Shown: positions 12,426 through 27,260 of the stretch, piece after piece
Position numbering within the stretch: position 1 is the first letter of the stretch
Layout: each line of letters starts with the position of its first letter
Source: the human T2T-CHM13v2.0 reference genome, Homo sapiens
Assembly: GCF_009914755.1 (NCBI RefSeq)
Contig: NC_060938.1
Length of the DNA: 64,000 bases
Strand: one strand, 5' to 3'
Translations under genes and position numbers: made by a program
Notes under the pieces: generated by a model
Told to the model about the DNA's origin: nothing
Database searches by the model: none
The model's input: only the letters and a program-made list of their open reading frames with translations

Positions 12426-13100
12426 TTCCTCTTATCTGGATCGCCTGAGAAGAGACTCGCGCTACCTTTTGTGCACTCGCGCCTCGAGATAGCCCCTCAC
12501 TGACGCCTGGACGCGGTGAGCGCGCTGAAGGCTGTGCGGCCTCTAAAGTCTCAGAATTCCTCCCTGCGGCCTCAAAATTGGAGAGTTGGATTCCAGACCA
12601 AGACACTGTCACTAGAGCTCCCTAGCCCTGGCCCAGGAAGATTTAAAATCCCTTAAAATCCCTTAGACTTGCTCCCGAGCAAGTCTTTCCCTATGAAAGG
12701 CCAAACTCTAAGCTTCGTGAAGAAGCCTCCTACAAGGACACTGGTCTGGAGCGCCCGGGCCTCCGCGTCTCCAGGAGTGCGCGCCCAGAGCGTTTCTAGC
12801 GGAGACTGCCCAGGCCTGGCTCGGATTTCAGTCGCGGGGCCCCAGGCTACTTCCCACCGGGCCAGCAGCAGGGCCGAGCCGCTGCCCTGTTGGCTGAGGC
12901 ATTCCCTGCCCCCACCCCCCTCCTGGCCTTGAGGACCGCAGTGTGTACCCTTGTTGGTAGCGGCAGCAGCCCGGGATCCCTGTCTCCCCTGCTCAGAGCA
13001 TCTCTGTCTCGCTCTTCTCCCCGCTTCTGAGCTTGGCCCAGTCCCTGACCCCCTCGCTAGCTGAGAGAGCTGCTTTCCTTCCTCTCCTGCCCACAGCTCC
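12384..13100 (-). ncRNA. SFTA3: SFTA3/NANCI first exon (5' end approximate); intron continues leftwards
   Basis: Strong donor at 12383 in a CpG-rich region ~2.6 kb downstream of the NKX2-1 poly(A) site on the same strand. The TSS position is from recalled annotation and is not visible in the sequence. Confidence 0.6.
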
Positions 13101-15671
13101 CAGTTCCCAGGCTGGGGCCAGGGTGGGGAGCCGCTTTGGGATGCTAAACATCAAAAAAGCCCAGCCTGGGGTTTCAGGGCCCGAAGCCACTAGAGCGGCT
13201 CTCCAAGGCTCTCGAGAAAGTCCTAGTGTTTACATGGCGAAGTGGGGGTGGGGAGAGGAGGAAGGGGGGTGCAGTGTGCAAAATCTCCCCCACTCCTCTC
13301 AGCCGTTGGGGCCTAGGGATGGGTAGGGTACTTTGGCGGAGGCAAAGCTTCGCGGTGATCTCGGGGTGAACCGTACTTGCTCCCAAACCTCGGAAGCTTC
13401 CAAGCACCTCAGCGCCAGGGGCATCCTCAGAATGCTGATTTCTCCGAGAGGGGAGGCCAGAAATTGGGCACGAGTTGATGCAGGAGATTCCCAGAAAGGA
13501 GGACTGTCGGCTTTCCAGAAGCCGACGGTGCTGTAGGGGCGGAGGGTGTCCCCAGGTTGCGGAACCCTCTTGCACTGCTCCCAGCGCGCACCTATTTCCC
13601 TAATGAAACGCTTCAGATTGCGTTCTAGGTCTCTTCCCGCAGCTGCGACAATTCCCCCAGCCGGGAGCGGGAGCGGATGGAGCCAGCGTGATTGATGGCA
13701 AGAAAGAGGCTGAGGTCCTGTTTGTCTCGGTCCGCAAACCCGATTGAGTTCACCTTTCCCCGGGACAAGTAAACAGACTTCAAACTATGCCGACTGTAGA
13801 CGGCGAGGAGAAGAATGTATTTGATGGAAACTCCATCCAATGCAAAGATGATAAGGCCGAGGGTACCACAGCCTACTAAAATTGTGACTCCCAAAGGCTT
13901 CCTCCCAGCTAGAATGGGGTGCGGGGCAGCCGCCAGAACCACAGCCGGGCACCGCCAGCCAGGTCCCCGCCCGGGCTTGGGCTAGGCTGGGGCAGGTTAA
14001 GCGAAGCTCCAATTCCGTGGGATCCGGACCTAGAGCCAAACAGCAGCTGCAGTATCCATGTCCCCTGCCCGGCCGGCCTGAGCTGGGTGCCTTAGCCACC
14101 TACACTCCCGGTCCCGGAACCACAGCTGACCATTCCAACGCAAGTGGTCAAATTTGTTTGTTTTCCAAAACGTGAGACCTGTTAAAATCTCCCTTCCCCG
14201 CCTTCCAACAAGCACTCTCACTAGACCCAACCATCCTCTTGGGAATCTTCGAGTCCCTCTGGCTGTTGGAAACTGTGTCTCAGCAGTGAGGCCCAGGTTT
14301 CTGAGGGAGAAAGCCCGGCCTAGCCCACAGTCTTAAGGCACCACGCCAGAGGAGGCTCCAGGAAGTTAACAAAGAGGACTGCTGGGCCCGGAGCGAGGAC
14401 TCCGGCCAGTCTGCTTTCCTCACAAGCTCTTGGTGGGGGAGCTGGAGAGGGGGATTGGGAAGAGATGCAGACGAATAACGAAATGAGAGAGGGGAAGAGA
14501 GGAAGAAAAAGAAAGTTGAAAACCTGGGCGAGAAGTGAGTACATGCCAAATAAGAATCAATTGCCCATAATCCAATACTTCCAGGCCTAGAGGAAAGTGC
14601 TGGGAGGGGCGTCTGCCCGCAGCTGGCTCAGCTGCCTTTCGACCGGAGATTTGGCAAGGGTGACCCGGAAGGGGCTACAGCCCATCCAGGGGACTACAAT
14701 TTTTCTGTGTTCAAAACCATTCCTTCTCCCCTCTCTCTCATCCCTAATGGGTCTCCCAACACAAACACTGAGCGCTGAGGAAACCAGGAAATTAGAGGTT
14801 GGAAGAAAGGAATCAAAAATGATTTATTATTTATTTATTTTTTTTTGCTTGGCGTGGGAGGTAGTGGCTGGGAGGTGAAGAACTGTAAACAGGAGAAAGA
14901 TTCATTACTACAAAAATTTAGGATCCCAGAGATAAAACCCAGTACAACAAAGAGTGAAATCTCAGCTCCCAAAGTCCTTCCTGGGATGTCCTCAGGCCTG
15001 TCACCCAGTGTTACCCCGTTGGAGGCCAAAGGAGCCAAAAGCAGCAGGGGCTGAAGGCGTCTGCTGCTGGTCCCCTAGAGGGGTCCCTGTTTTAGGACAG
15101 AAACAAAACCCCTGAATGACTTCCTTACTTTCGAAAACAGCCTCCCACCGAATTCTGTGAAGGAGCTCAGCCACTGATTAGAAATAAAGGTTTGATGTTC
15201 AAATCTACAGAGGTGATCCATTCACTGAAAACCATAACTCACTCAGACTGATTTAAAATGGGTGTCCTCTCTCACTGTTTTAAAACTTTGGCTCAGCTTT
15301 GTGAGACCACAGTAGACAGTTCTGAGACTCCTATCAACAGAAGTCTGACTCAGAAAATGAATTATTTGGTCTCTTTCTCTTCCTCTCTCCCTCTCCCTCT
15401 TGGTGGAAGTAGTTTGGTATTTCGGTCCTCCACTGCAGTCTCAGGACTGCTCAAGATTTGTTTCCACACAATTTCTGAGGCAGAACAAAACTCCCTCTTC
15501 CTGTGGGGCAAGGACTCTGGGCCTGGCCTCCTTACCTCCTTAACCGGTTCAGAATCCTTTGAGCTCAAACCCAAACAATTTGAATCTCATCAGACCAAAG
15601 ACAAGATCCTCCCAAGCCCCCGCCCCTCAAAGCCATTTAAAGCCAAATCAAAACAAAACAAAAAGGAGGGT

Positions 15672-15712
15672 TTTAATCAGAAAAAGAATCTTTTTAATTT
15701 GTATAATTTATT
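15672..15712 (-). terminator. NKX2-1 polyadenylation signals
   Basis: AATAAA at 15712-15707, ATTAAA at 15698-15693 and 15677-15672, followed by a GU/U-rich downstream element (TTTTTGTTTTGTTTTG, ~15650-15664). Confidence 0.85.
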
Positions 15713-16552
15713 AGAAGCTTCTTAGGAACTATATTTAAGCCAAATATCTACATAAGTTACAACAGAAAAAGACTGACGCCGCAAATACCAAACTGCCAAA
15801 TAATATACACAGATTTGTCAATGCCCATAAAAAATGTGAAGGGCTGGGGACTGGGAGTGGTTTTTCTTTTTACAACAAAATGTACAGATTACTAAAAACT
15901 AGGCATTTAGTCCAACTTTTGACAGCGTTTTACAGCTACAAGTTCACATTAAACAAACTATTTTCGCGGAGGGCGGTCGCCGCTGAGCCTAGGCGGCCAG
16001 AGGGTGCCGGGGAGGGGGCACTTCCTTTGTGTCAGTGACAAGTGGGTTATGTTGAAGACTCTTTCCTCTCCCCAGCTCCCGTCCTCCCTTCAAAAAAAAA
16101 AAAAAAATCCTGGTATTTACAAGCGAGTCCTCTTTGCTGGCAGAGTGTGCCCAGAGTGAAGTTTGGTCTTTAGAGTCCAGAGCCATGTCAGCACAGAGCC
16201 CTCTCCAATCTGTGCCCCGCCCTAGCGTGGAAAACCCATTTGAATCACCAAAAAAAGACACCCCAAAGCTGTTTTATGCCCTTCTCTGCTTAAAGATTCC
16301 TTGAGATTGGATGCGCTTGGTTGTTTTTCATTTTCTTTTTTTTAAAAAAAAAACCCACAAATTTTAGGGGGGGAAAAAAAGAAAGACGTCCAGCAGTTTG
16401 GCCTTTGTGGTTTTTTTGTTCCTTGGTCTAAACGCGGCCAGGTTGTTAAGAAAAGTCGAAGCGCGTGGAGCAGCGGTGGATGGTGGTCTGTGTGGCGGGC
16501 AGGAGGGAAGCGGTGAGGCAGAGCGCTGGGCTAGGGCCGGCCCGGCGTCCTC
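15672..16552 (-). other. NKX2-1: NKX2-1 3' UTR
   Basis: Lies between the TGA stop at 16553 and the poly(A) signals. Contains U-rich tracts, a GGGCATT miR-365 seed match (15820-15826) and Pumilio-type TGTAAATA (16114-16121) and TGTAGATA (15745-15752). Confidence 0.85.
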
Positions 16553-17539
<987 letters not shown>

Positions 17540-18263
17540 TCAGTCTCAGTTCCCTCTTTCGAACCAAAAGACGCAGTGGGGGAAAGGCCGCTTCTGCTCC
17601 TTTCGTGCCCAGCCCGGGTCAGAGCATTAGGATTAGCTGGCCACAGGCGGCGAACTGGGCTCAGGCCGGGAGCTGGGGTCCTACGGTAGACCCCAGTTTG
17701 GAGAGGTTAGGAGAGGGGGTGTTGACTTCCAAAAGCTGGAGCCCCCAGACGCTTTGCCTCTTGGCTTCTCTCCTGTCAGGCCCCAGTGAGGGCACCTGCT
17801 CGGACCCTTAGAGTCCCCTCTGGAACTGCGAGTCCTCCCACCTGCCCAGACTCCGCTGGAGAGAGGGCCGGGCCGGGCGCTCGAGTGCCTCCCAACAGGG
17901 CAGCCTCCCTCCTGGCCCGGTCTAGCCTCTCCGCGCTCTGCTCGCCCCTGCTCCTTGAGCTCGGGGTCGCTTCCCTTGGCTCCCCGAGGTCTTCTGCGCC
18001 GAGCAGAGCTGCCAGTCCACCGCGCCTAGGAGACGCCGAGTACCCGCATCTGACCGCAGGACCCCAGCGCTACCAAGTGCCTGTTCTTGGACCCCCAGCC
18101 GAGCAGGGGGAAGCATCCCCAGCTCCCGCACCCAAGTCCCTGGCGCCGCTGCCGGGCCGCCCTCCCTGATGCCCAGCGCGCAGCCTGCCGGCGCCGCGCC
18201 TTCTGGACGGCTCTCGCCGCACCTCCTGAGCTCAGCCCGCGGCCCCGCAGTGGGGCGGCCTCA

Positions 18264-19000
<737 letters not shown>

Positions 19001-19335
19001 GTCTCAAAGAGAGAGAGAGAGAGGCAGAGACGAGACCCAAAGCATTTCCCCCCTCCCTTGGACACCCCCACCCCCATTTTTTGTGGGGTACCAGCGGAGC
19101 GCGGGGAGGAGGTGGAGGGGAGGGGAAGGAGGAGGGAACCGAGAGCGGGGAGGGCAGGAGGTGGGGTGGGGGAGTAACAGAGGAGGAGAGATGGTTGAGA
19201 GGAAGGAAGGTGAATGCTGCTTTGCAACCAACTTGCGGAGTTACAAAGTGGAACCACTTTCCAATTCGGTCGGGGTTCCCCGGGCACGGACAGGTCTTTA
19301 GGAGGAGGGGGCTGAGGGACAGGGTGGGGGTTTCA

Positions 19336-19494
<159 letters not shown>

Positions 19495-22400
19495 CTACGT
19501 GTCTGTCAGTCTGTCTGCCTCTCTTCTGCCGCCGTCAGAGGGACACCTCTGCTCCCCGCCCCCTTTCCCCCTACCGGAGAGAATCCGAGCGGGCGGAGGG
19601 GGCGCTGAGTAGGGGATCGACTGCCTCCCGGAGGCTGTCCCGGATCCCCGAGCCACAACCCGCCCCCGCAGCTCGGGGGTTTTTCAGTGGGCCACCCCCG
19701 CTAACACGCCTCCCCCAAGGTCTTCCCCCCCCCCCCCACCCCCGGCCGAGCAAACACAGCACTGGCCCCCAGAGCTGGGAGGATGGGAAGGGGTCTCACG
19801 GGAGGGTCCGTCACTGAAGTTGCCCCACCTCGAACAAACCTGGTGTCCCTGACCCTCGCCCATCTCCCAGACACGCGGGGATCTGGGGCTGGAGCTGACT
19901 TTCCGAGGACATCACAGCCCCAGCACCCGAGCCCAGAGCCACGCTGTTTTCCCCTCTGATGCTTCAGGGAGCGCGCGAGCAGGGAGCGGCGTGAGTGCCC
20001 GTCTGTCTGTTGCCGGGCGGAACTGAGCCTGAACCCCGGCGGCTGGAGCGCTGGCCAGGAGGGGGCGAATGCCGAGGTGCGGGCAGCTCAGCGGGCGGGA
20101 GGCTGGGCCGAGGCTCGCCTCCGCCCGCAGCTCAGCCATGCAAAAGTGCTCTTGCTTCCCGGGAATAACCAAATATCTTTGTTTAAAGTGGTGGCGTAAA
20201 TGGCCAGTCGCTTTGTGGCCACGCTGGATATTAGTAGATGAGGATCATTCTGCTTCAATTGGGCGCCTCTCATCCGACGAGCAAGAAACTGCTTAGGAGG
20301 AAGAGGGTTTCCTGTCTGCGCGTTCCCAGGCTTCAAGTGTGGGCCCCGCGCCTTGAGGGTCCTTGGGCGCCTGGCGAGGGGGAGCTGTGGGCTGCGCTCC
20401 CCAGCGGAATCGGGGGTGTCCCCCGCGTTGCTCCGGCCAGGCCGGGGCCTGCAGCCGAGTCGACTACCGAGTGGAGCACTGAACGGCGCGGATTTTGAGA
20501 CCGACTCCGGTTTTTGTCCTTGGATTTTAAACGTTTTTATCATTGTTTTTGTTTTGCTTTCTCCTTAGCTGTTTTAGTCTCCTCTGCGCGCCAGGGGCTG
20601 GGAGGGCGGAGCGCTCCCCGGCCGGCCCCGGCAGGTGCCTCCAAGACACCCGCGCTGGTCAAGGAGCTTCTTGAATTTAGTTTTTGTTTTCACATTTTCT
20701 TTCCCCTCCTTGTAGAGAAGGAGCTCCTGATCATGACGAACAGGCAGTTTTGAGCTACTTAATTCATCCGGGCTCCCTTTTTTTATTAATAGCAATTACA
20801 GTAGAGAAAGTTTTATTTATTTTTAAAGATTTCAGCCCTCTCCTTGAAGAGAGCTCTTACTCCCTCAATACAAAGCCAACTTCTATAATAACATTCGCTT
20901 TTCTCACCGCCTACCTTCTTTACCAGGGTAAAGAAAGCTCAGGACACCCTCCGCCCTCCCACCTGCGCCCGCGTTTTTGTGCGGTCCCCACGGCAGAGCT
21001 GGGGAGGCCACCCTACGTTTGCGCAGGGAGACGCGCTCGCCGCTGGTGTTGCGAAAGACCAGAGCGAAGCCCGGCTCCTTGCCCTTCCTTCCCAGGGGCT
21101 TCTCTGGGGGGCGCTCTCAGGCCCCGACGAACTGAGCATTGATCACTGTGGTGGCTAAGCAAGGAGGGGAGGCGACGCCGGGCTTAAGCGAACCACAGAG
21201 GAGAACTGGCAACGCTGAATACAGACCTTGTCTGCAGGCGCGACCTGGCCGGGCCTGAGTCCCGAATGGGGTCTAATTGCGAAGGCGGGGTGGGTTTCCC
21301 AGTCACCCAGCTTCTTTCTCTCACTCGCCATTATTTCATAGTTGTTTGTAAGTTTAAGGAACACCAAGTGTAGAATGTTGTACATCTCTTCCAGTCTCAA
21401 CGCCATTTAGAAATGGAGATCAATCTTCACAAGGTTTTTGTGAGATTCAAGTAAGATGAAGCACATCAAAATGCTTTGAAAGCTTTGAATGTTTTTCAGC
21501 TCAGTGCCAGCACTGGAGATTGCGGTAGTTATTATCATGACTATCCCCACCCCCTCTTAGGTCCCAAGACCTGAGTAAAAGGAAGAGTTGGGTGAATCTT
21601 CCACAGCCCCTAGGTCCTGTCTTCTCGGCCTTCGTCCCTTGGCAGCTTTTCAACCTCTCAGCAGGCCACAGGCGCACGTGGCTGGCAGCTCCCCGGCCTC
21701 CGGCTCTGACAGTCCGGGGGCAACCAGGCCTGCAGTTCTCGAGGAAACCCCCAGCCCCCCACGTCTCGTTCTGGACCAGGAACCCCCTCCCCAACAACCG
21801 CGCAGCAAGTGGCGACTCTGGGAGCTGAACTGGAGTGGAGCTCGAAGTGGCTGGGGCGGGCAAAGACTCCCGCTTCACTCTGGGACACAACTGGGACGGC
21901 GCTTCAACCTCTGCCTGCAGGCGTGCTTCTCGCGCGCACCAGCAAGCTCTCTATCCACCTCGCCTGGGCCTTTGCAGCGCCCTGCCGCCCAGGCTCCAGC
22001 GCCTCTACTACCCTAGCCCCTTCTCAACACGCGGCTCTGCCTTCTTCCCCAGTACCACTGCACTGCCGAAAATAAGCCCGGAGACTAAGGCACCTTGTAG
22101 GGAAGAGAAGGACATCTGTATCTCCAAGCTTATCCAAGCAAAGGCCTCCAGAGTCCCTCCCATGGCCCGAAACACCTCCCTCTGACCGAAGAGCGTCCTT
22201 TCTTTCCGCCGCCTCCTGGACTCATCCTAAATAGGGCAGACCCGGGCTAAACCAGTGATTTTTTTTTCCATGAATACGAAGAACCCCGATTGCACTTTGC
22301 GAAGTCTGCGCGTATTCCTTTATCCCGCAACTAGCTTGCTCCCGGGTGGAGTGGGCACAGTGGGGAGCGGTCAGGGCAGGGCAGGGCCCAACGCTGGCCC

Positions 22401-23559
22401 CTCGCGGAGCTTTCCCTGGCGCGACCTCACACGGTCGCTGCCTCTATTCCGACCACGCTCTGCTTCGCTGGCTGCGGCTCCGCCAGGAATCCGAGGGGGC
22501 GCAGGCCCAGGCTCGGCCCTAGATGCGCGGAATCGCCATCAGCCTTTGCTTACACCAGCGTGGCCGCAGGGAAACTCCTTTCTCTCCCTCCAGTGTCACT
22601 TTGCGAGACAAGAACAGAGGGCTCATACAAAAGAAGGCTAATTTGGGGTCTGTAGCTTGGACCAGGTGGAACTGTGAGGAGGAACCACCTGTCTCACCGC
22701 CCCACCCCCCAACTGCTTTTTCTAACTCCCTTTGTGGTCCTCCACACCTGTTTAGGGCGCTGAGCCACTCTGTCTCCTGGTAGTGTTATTTTGCTCCAAG
22801 TTTTATCGCAATTTTTGATTCACTCGACAGTATTTATTCAGCTAGGGCTCTGTGCCAGGGACTACGCAAGGCCTGAAAATTCAAACTTAATCTAGATGCA
22901 GCTCCTACTCACACGGAACTTACACATTCACAATAAATCACCCAAATAATATGTAGTTACTTTCTGACAGATGTTACTCTAGGATCCAGTGAGATAGAGA
23001 GGGTTGTAATGGAGATTCGTGTGTGGGTTTTTGCACCATTTCTTGATCTCTCAGCATTCCAAGGTCGTGAGAGGAGTCCTTGAGTGGAAGTCCGTCCTAG
23101 GTTTGAACCCTGGCTTTGCCTTTTTCCAGCTGTGCAGTACCGCTCTTGTGGGCTCCCGCCACACCCTGGAGTCACTCCCATCACAGCCAGAGTAAACCAG
23201 TGTGTGTTTTCTGGCTTCCCTCCTTGAGGGTGAGCCCCTGTTTTATCTATCTTTGAACCCCCCAGTGCCTCGAGAAACGCTGAGGAAACACAGCCTCCGA
23301 GCACCTGTTTCCTGAGCTGTAAAAAATGGTCACAACCTGCCCTGTGTACTGGCTTGGTTTGTGCTAGGGATCCAAACAATTCAGGATGAGATCATGTGCC
23401 TGAGTTTGTAGATCACAAAAGTCGCTAATAGAAGGAGTTATTCCTTCTGATTCTGTATTTTGGATTTAGAGAAACTGTGACTCTAGGCCTCTGACCTTCA
23501 ACAAGAAACACTTGGGCCCCTCAGTTGCTCCCGCAGTCTCCCACAGCTAGGCACAGGCT

Positions 23560-25150
23560 TCTAAGCCGGGCTGAGCTGGGCTCGCGAGTGCCATCGAGGC
23601 AACCAGGCGCAGGGAGCGGAAGGCAGGAGTGTAACTGGGCGCTGGGGGGCGCTGCTCCGCAACCCCAAGATCCGAGGAATGCCTCCGGGGGATGATTTCT
23701 CTGGAGGGGTCTCGCAGGGCCCCCTCTGCGCTGCTTTCTCAGGCACCAGAACCGAAATCCTCGGGAGGGACCGCGGGAGCCCGGGGCGTGCAGACAGGCG
23801 GCTTTCACAGACGCAGCGGGAGGAAGGATCCCTCTACTGCTCCCTTTCCCGATTTGACCGTCTAGGGCCTTTGAGAGGACTTTCCTTTTGGGAAAGCTTT
23901 TCTCAATTCGTGGCCTGTGGGCAGGCTGGGGGGTGGGGCGCCAAGTCATCCGAGCGCGGCTTCTGCTTCTCCCTTTCCCTCACAGGCATGCTCTACGGAG
24001 GGTATGGGAGGCGAGGGCGCGTCTATGAGGGCCAGAGTCCGCGAAGAGAGTCCGGCCCTTAGGCCTTTGGTGTTGAAGAATCTGCTCCTCTGTCGGGTCA
24101 AGCCCCACTAGAAGTTAACACCTGTGGTCTCCAAACTTGCCTATTTTCCTGTCACGCAGTTCAAGCCAAGATTCAACTCGTCTTGAATTTTTGTATTTAG
24201 AGCCCCTACCTTCTCCACCGACTCCAGGGGCGCCCTCTGGCGGGAAGGGGCCTGGGGTAGGAGGGAACCTGAGGGAGCGGGTTACAAAGCAGAGAACAGC
24301 GGGAGCTCAGCAGCTCCCTTTGAATTGCGAGGAAACCAAGACGGAGACGGGAGGTAGGAGCACGGGCCTGAAGCGGTCAGCCGACCCTGTGAGGCCCGCG
24401 CTGCCGTGCTACGCCGCGAATCCGCCAGACGCCCCCGTCGGAAGGGGCAGGGACACCCTCGGGGGCGCTCTAGGGTTCGTGCTGCGCTAAGGTAAGTTTC
24501 GCAGCTGCTCCTGATAATTAAAGGACAGATTCCCGAAGCATCCTTGTGGCGGCGCGGCTGTTTTCGCCCCAGGACCTGTGCAGCCTCATTCAGCTTTAGG
24601 TAGTCGAAACCTATAGCTCTTTCTGCCCTCTGTTCCCCAACAAATCTCAGTCCCAACAGTGGGAGCCCGTGGGCCTTGGGTGTTCGAGTTTCCCGCGGGC
24701 TTGCCAGCAGCGCTGGGGTTCCCTCCTCCGCTCCTTTCCTCCTCTCCAACCTCCCACCACAGCCCGTCTCCCCCACATCCCCAACACTTGTCCCAGGCAG
24801 TTTCCGGTGGCCGCAGTATCGACCCCAGGCCATTGGGGTGGGTGTGAGGGAAGGGTGGAGGGGGAATCTCCGAGGCCCAATGTTTTCTGGGACTTGAGGG
24901 AGGCTGAATTCTCCCTCGCTGCCTAGGACTTGGGGTCTGAAGGTTGCAGACCGAGGCGATCCGCAGCGCCCTCTTCCGGCGGCCGTCTGGAGAACTGCAG
25001 CTTTAGAGCGGTCTCGGGGAAGCTTTGCTACTAGTTTCCGGCTAGGGAAAACTGGTGGTGGTCGGAGACTGGTAGTACATCATCCACGCATTCGCTCATT
25101 CTAACTGTCCGCCCGACCATACGTCAGGCTGTCTATCGGTCCACCCAAAG
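23560..25150. promoter_or_regulatory. Upstream CpG-rich region with a strong CTCF motif
   Basis: CpG-rich. The minus strand of 24230-24243 reads CCGCCAGAGGGCGC, the CTCF core consensus. Confidence 0.65.
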
Positions 25151-25917
25151 CCAATATAAGTTATGATTGACTCTTTGAATCACCCAGTCTCCTTGCACCT
25201 GCTATTTGAAAGAGCCCAGGTGTAGATCAGGGCTTGGAAGCTGCTCTTGTACCTAAAACCCTCTTTTAATTATGCTTTGCTTCGGAATTTTGTTATGCGA
25301 ATGTCCTGTCCAAGTCAGAGGGCATTTGGAGGCATATTTGGTGACCAATGGAGTAGCTTGCACTTTCTGCATGTCCTTTCTGGAGGAGGCAGTGGCCCTA
25401 TTAGCTTGACAGCCTGACACAAGGGGGTTCTGCCTTGTGTTGCAGCAGTAGGAGCATAACCTTTAGAAAATATTGGAGTAGGAAAACTTCTGGGACTAGC
25501 TACACTCGATGGGTGCCTTCCAGCTCTCCAATCTACGGTACCAACTCACTCAGGCAGGCTTTCCCCCAAATTATTCCCCCTTCTTTGGACTCTGGTCAAA
25601 ACCAGATCCTCTCCACCCTCCCAAACCCATCCCAGCCAATATGCCCATGTTACTCTGCTATTCTTTTTCACTTAGCCAGAAAAATCATTCTTTCCAGCCC
25701 CACAACTAAGTCATATCCTTCTCTTTAAAAATCCAATTGCCTCTTCTGACAACTAAATGCCTGACACATAGTGGGAGCTCAATATATGTGTGCAGAATAA
25801 ATGGATGAATCTCTATTACACTTTTCTGTTACATTGATAAGCAATTTCTTAATTGAGTGATTTCCTAATTGCCATGTGTTTGTGTTCTTTTTAGGCAGAC
25901 CGTAAGCTCCTTATTTT

Positions 25918-26094
25918 CTGTTTTTTGTTGTTTTGTTTTTTCCCCCCAAGACAGGGTCTCTCTCTGTTGCCCAGGCCAGAGTATAGCGGTGTAATCATAG
26001 CTCACTGCCACCTCAAACTCCTAGGCTCAAGCAATCCTCCCTGCTCGGTCTCCCAAAGTGCTGGAATTACGGGCATGAGCCATCGTGCCCGTCC
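25918..26094 (-). mobile_element. Alu monomer (left-arm 5' end fused to a J-type right arm)
   Basis: Alu homology, T-rich tail, and a TSD-like AGCTCCTT(G)ATTTT at 25905-25917 and 26095-26108. Confidence 0.8.
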
Positions 26095-26551
26095 AGCTCC
26101 TTGATTTTAACAGCCATCTCAAAAACACTTAGACATGTTCCTAGAAATGTGCCCAGTGCTCTGAGGCATTTGATAATGTTAATCACCCCTTTCTAAAATT
26201 CTCTCATTGGCTGCAGAGTCACCACTCTATCATGGTTCTCTTCCTCCATCTCTGGACATTTCTTCTCAGAGACTAGGGTTGAATTCCCATCCTGCACTGT
26301 ATACCCATCCCCGTGGCTTCAGCTGCCACCTGTTGCTGATGGCTCCTAAATCCATACCTCTAGCCAACCTCTCTTCAGAGCTTCCAATCTATATTTTCAG
26401 TTGTTTACCTCCTTATGTGAATTTCTGCCAAACAACATATCCAAATCTGAACTTACACTGTCCCAATTTGCTTCTTGTCCTGTGTTCTTGATCTAGGTGA
26501 ATGGCATGAACATCTCCCAATTCCTGCCACCCCACTCCTTCACCAAGCTCC

Positions 26552-27260
26552 TGTGCTAGTCAGTTCTGTCTGCCATAACAAAACACCACAGACCGGGTGG
26601 CTTACACAATGAAAATTGGTTTTCTTACAGTTCTGGAGGCTGCAACGTCCAATATCAAAGCCTAGCAGGATTTATTTGCTGGTGAGGGCACTCTTAACTG
26701 GCTTGCAGAGAGACGCCTTCTCCATATGTCTTTGCATAGCAAAGAGAGATCTTTTTCTATATAAGCCACAGTCCTAATAGATTAGAGCCCCACCCTTATG
26801 ACTTCTTTTAACCTTAATAACCTTCTGCTAGGGTTTGCATGTGTGCCATCCAAAATTCCAGTGTTGCCAATGCGATAGTATTAAGAGGTGCAGCCTTTAA
26901 GATGTGATTAGGTCATGAGGGATCCTCCTTCCTTAATGAGATTAAGGATCTTATAAAAGAGGCTTCACGAAACATTTGGCTAGCTTGCAGTCTTGCTCTT
27001 CTCCCATGTGAGGACACAGTGTTCCTCCCTACAAGGCCCTTACCAGGTACCAGCGTCTTGACCTTGGACTTCCGAGCCTCCAGAACTGTGAGAAATAAAT
27101 TTCTGTCGTTTTTAAACTACTCAGTTTCAGCTACTCTGTTATATCAGCACAAATGGACTAAGATACCTTCTAAAGATCCTATCTCCAGATAGAGTAACAC
27201 TGGGGGAGGGGGGGTTAGGACTTCAACATCTGAATTTTAGGGGAACACAATTCAATGCCT
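26552..27260 (-). mobile_element. ERVL-MaLR solo LTR (MLT1A/B-like), split by a second LTR
   Basis: Typical MLT1 motifs: GCCATAACAAAACACCACAGACCGGGTGGCTTA, CAGTTCTGGAGGCTG and GGGTTAGGACTTCAACATCTGAATTTTAGGGGAACAC. Confidence 0.7.
26826..27165 (+). mobile_element. ERVL-MaLR solo LTR (MST/MLT1A-like) nested in the opposite orientation
   Basis: Begins TG, contains CCTCCAGAACTGTGAGAAATAAATTTCTG, ends GACTAAGATA. 5-bp TSD CCTTC at 26821-26825 and 27166-27170. Confidence 0.8.

Noticed and set aside
15990-16010. CTCF-like CGGCCAGAGGGTGC in the 3' UTR (also 18873-18890 and 53176-53189)
   Set aside because: Several mismatches to the core, and such matches are frequent by chance.
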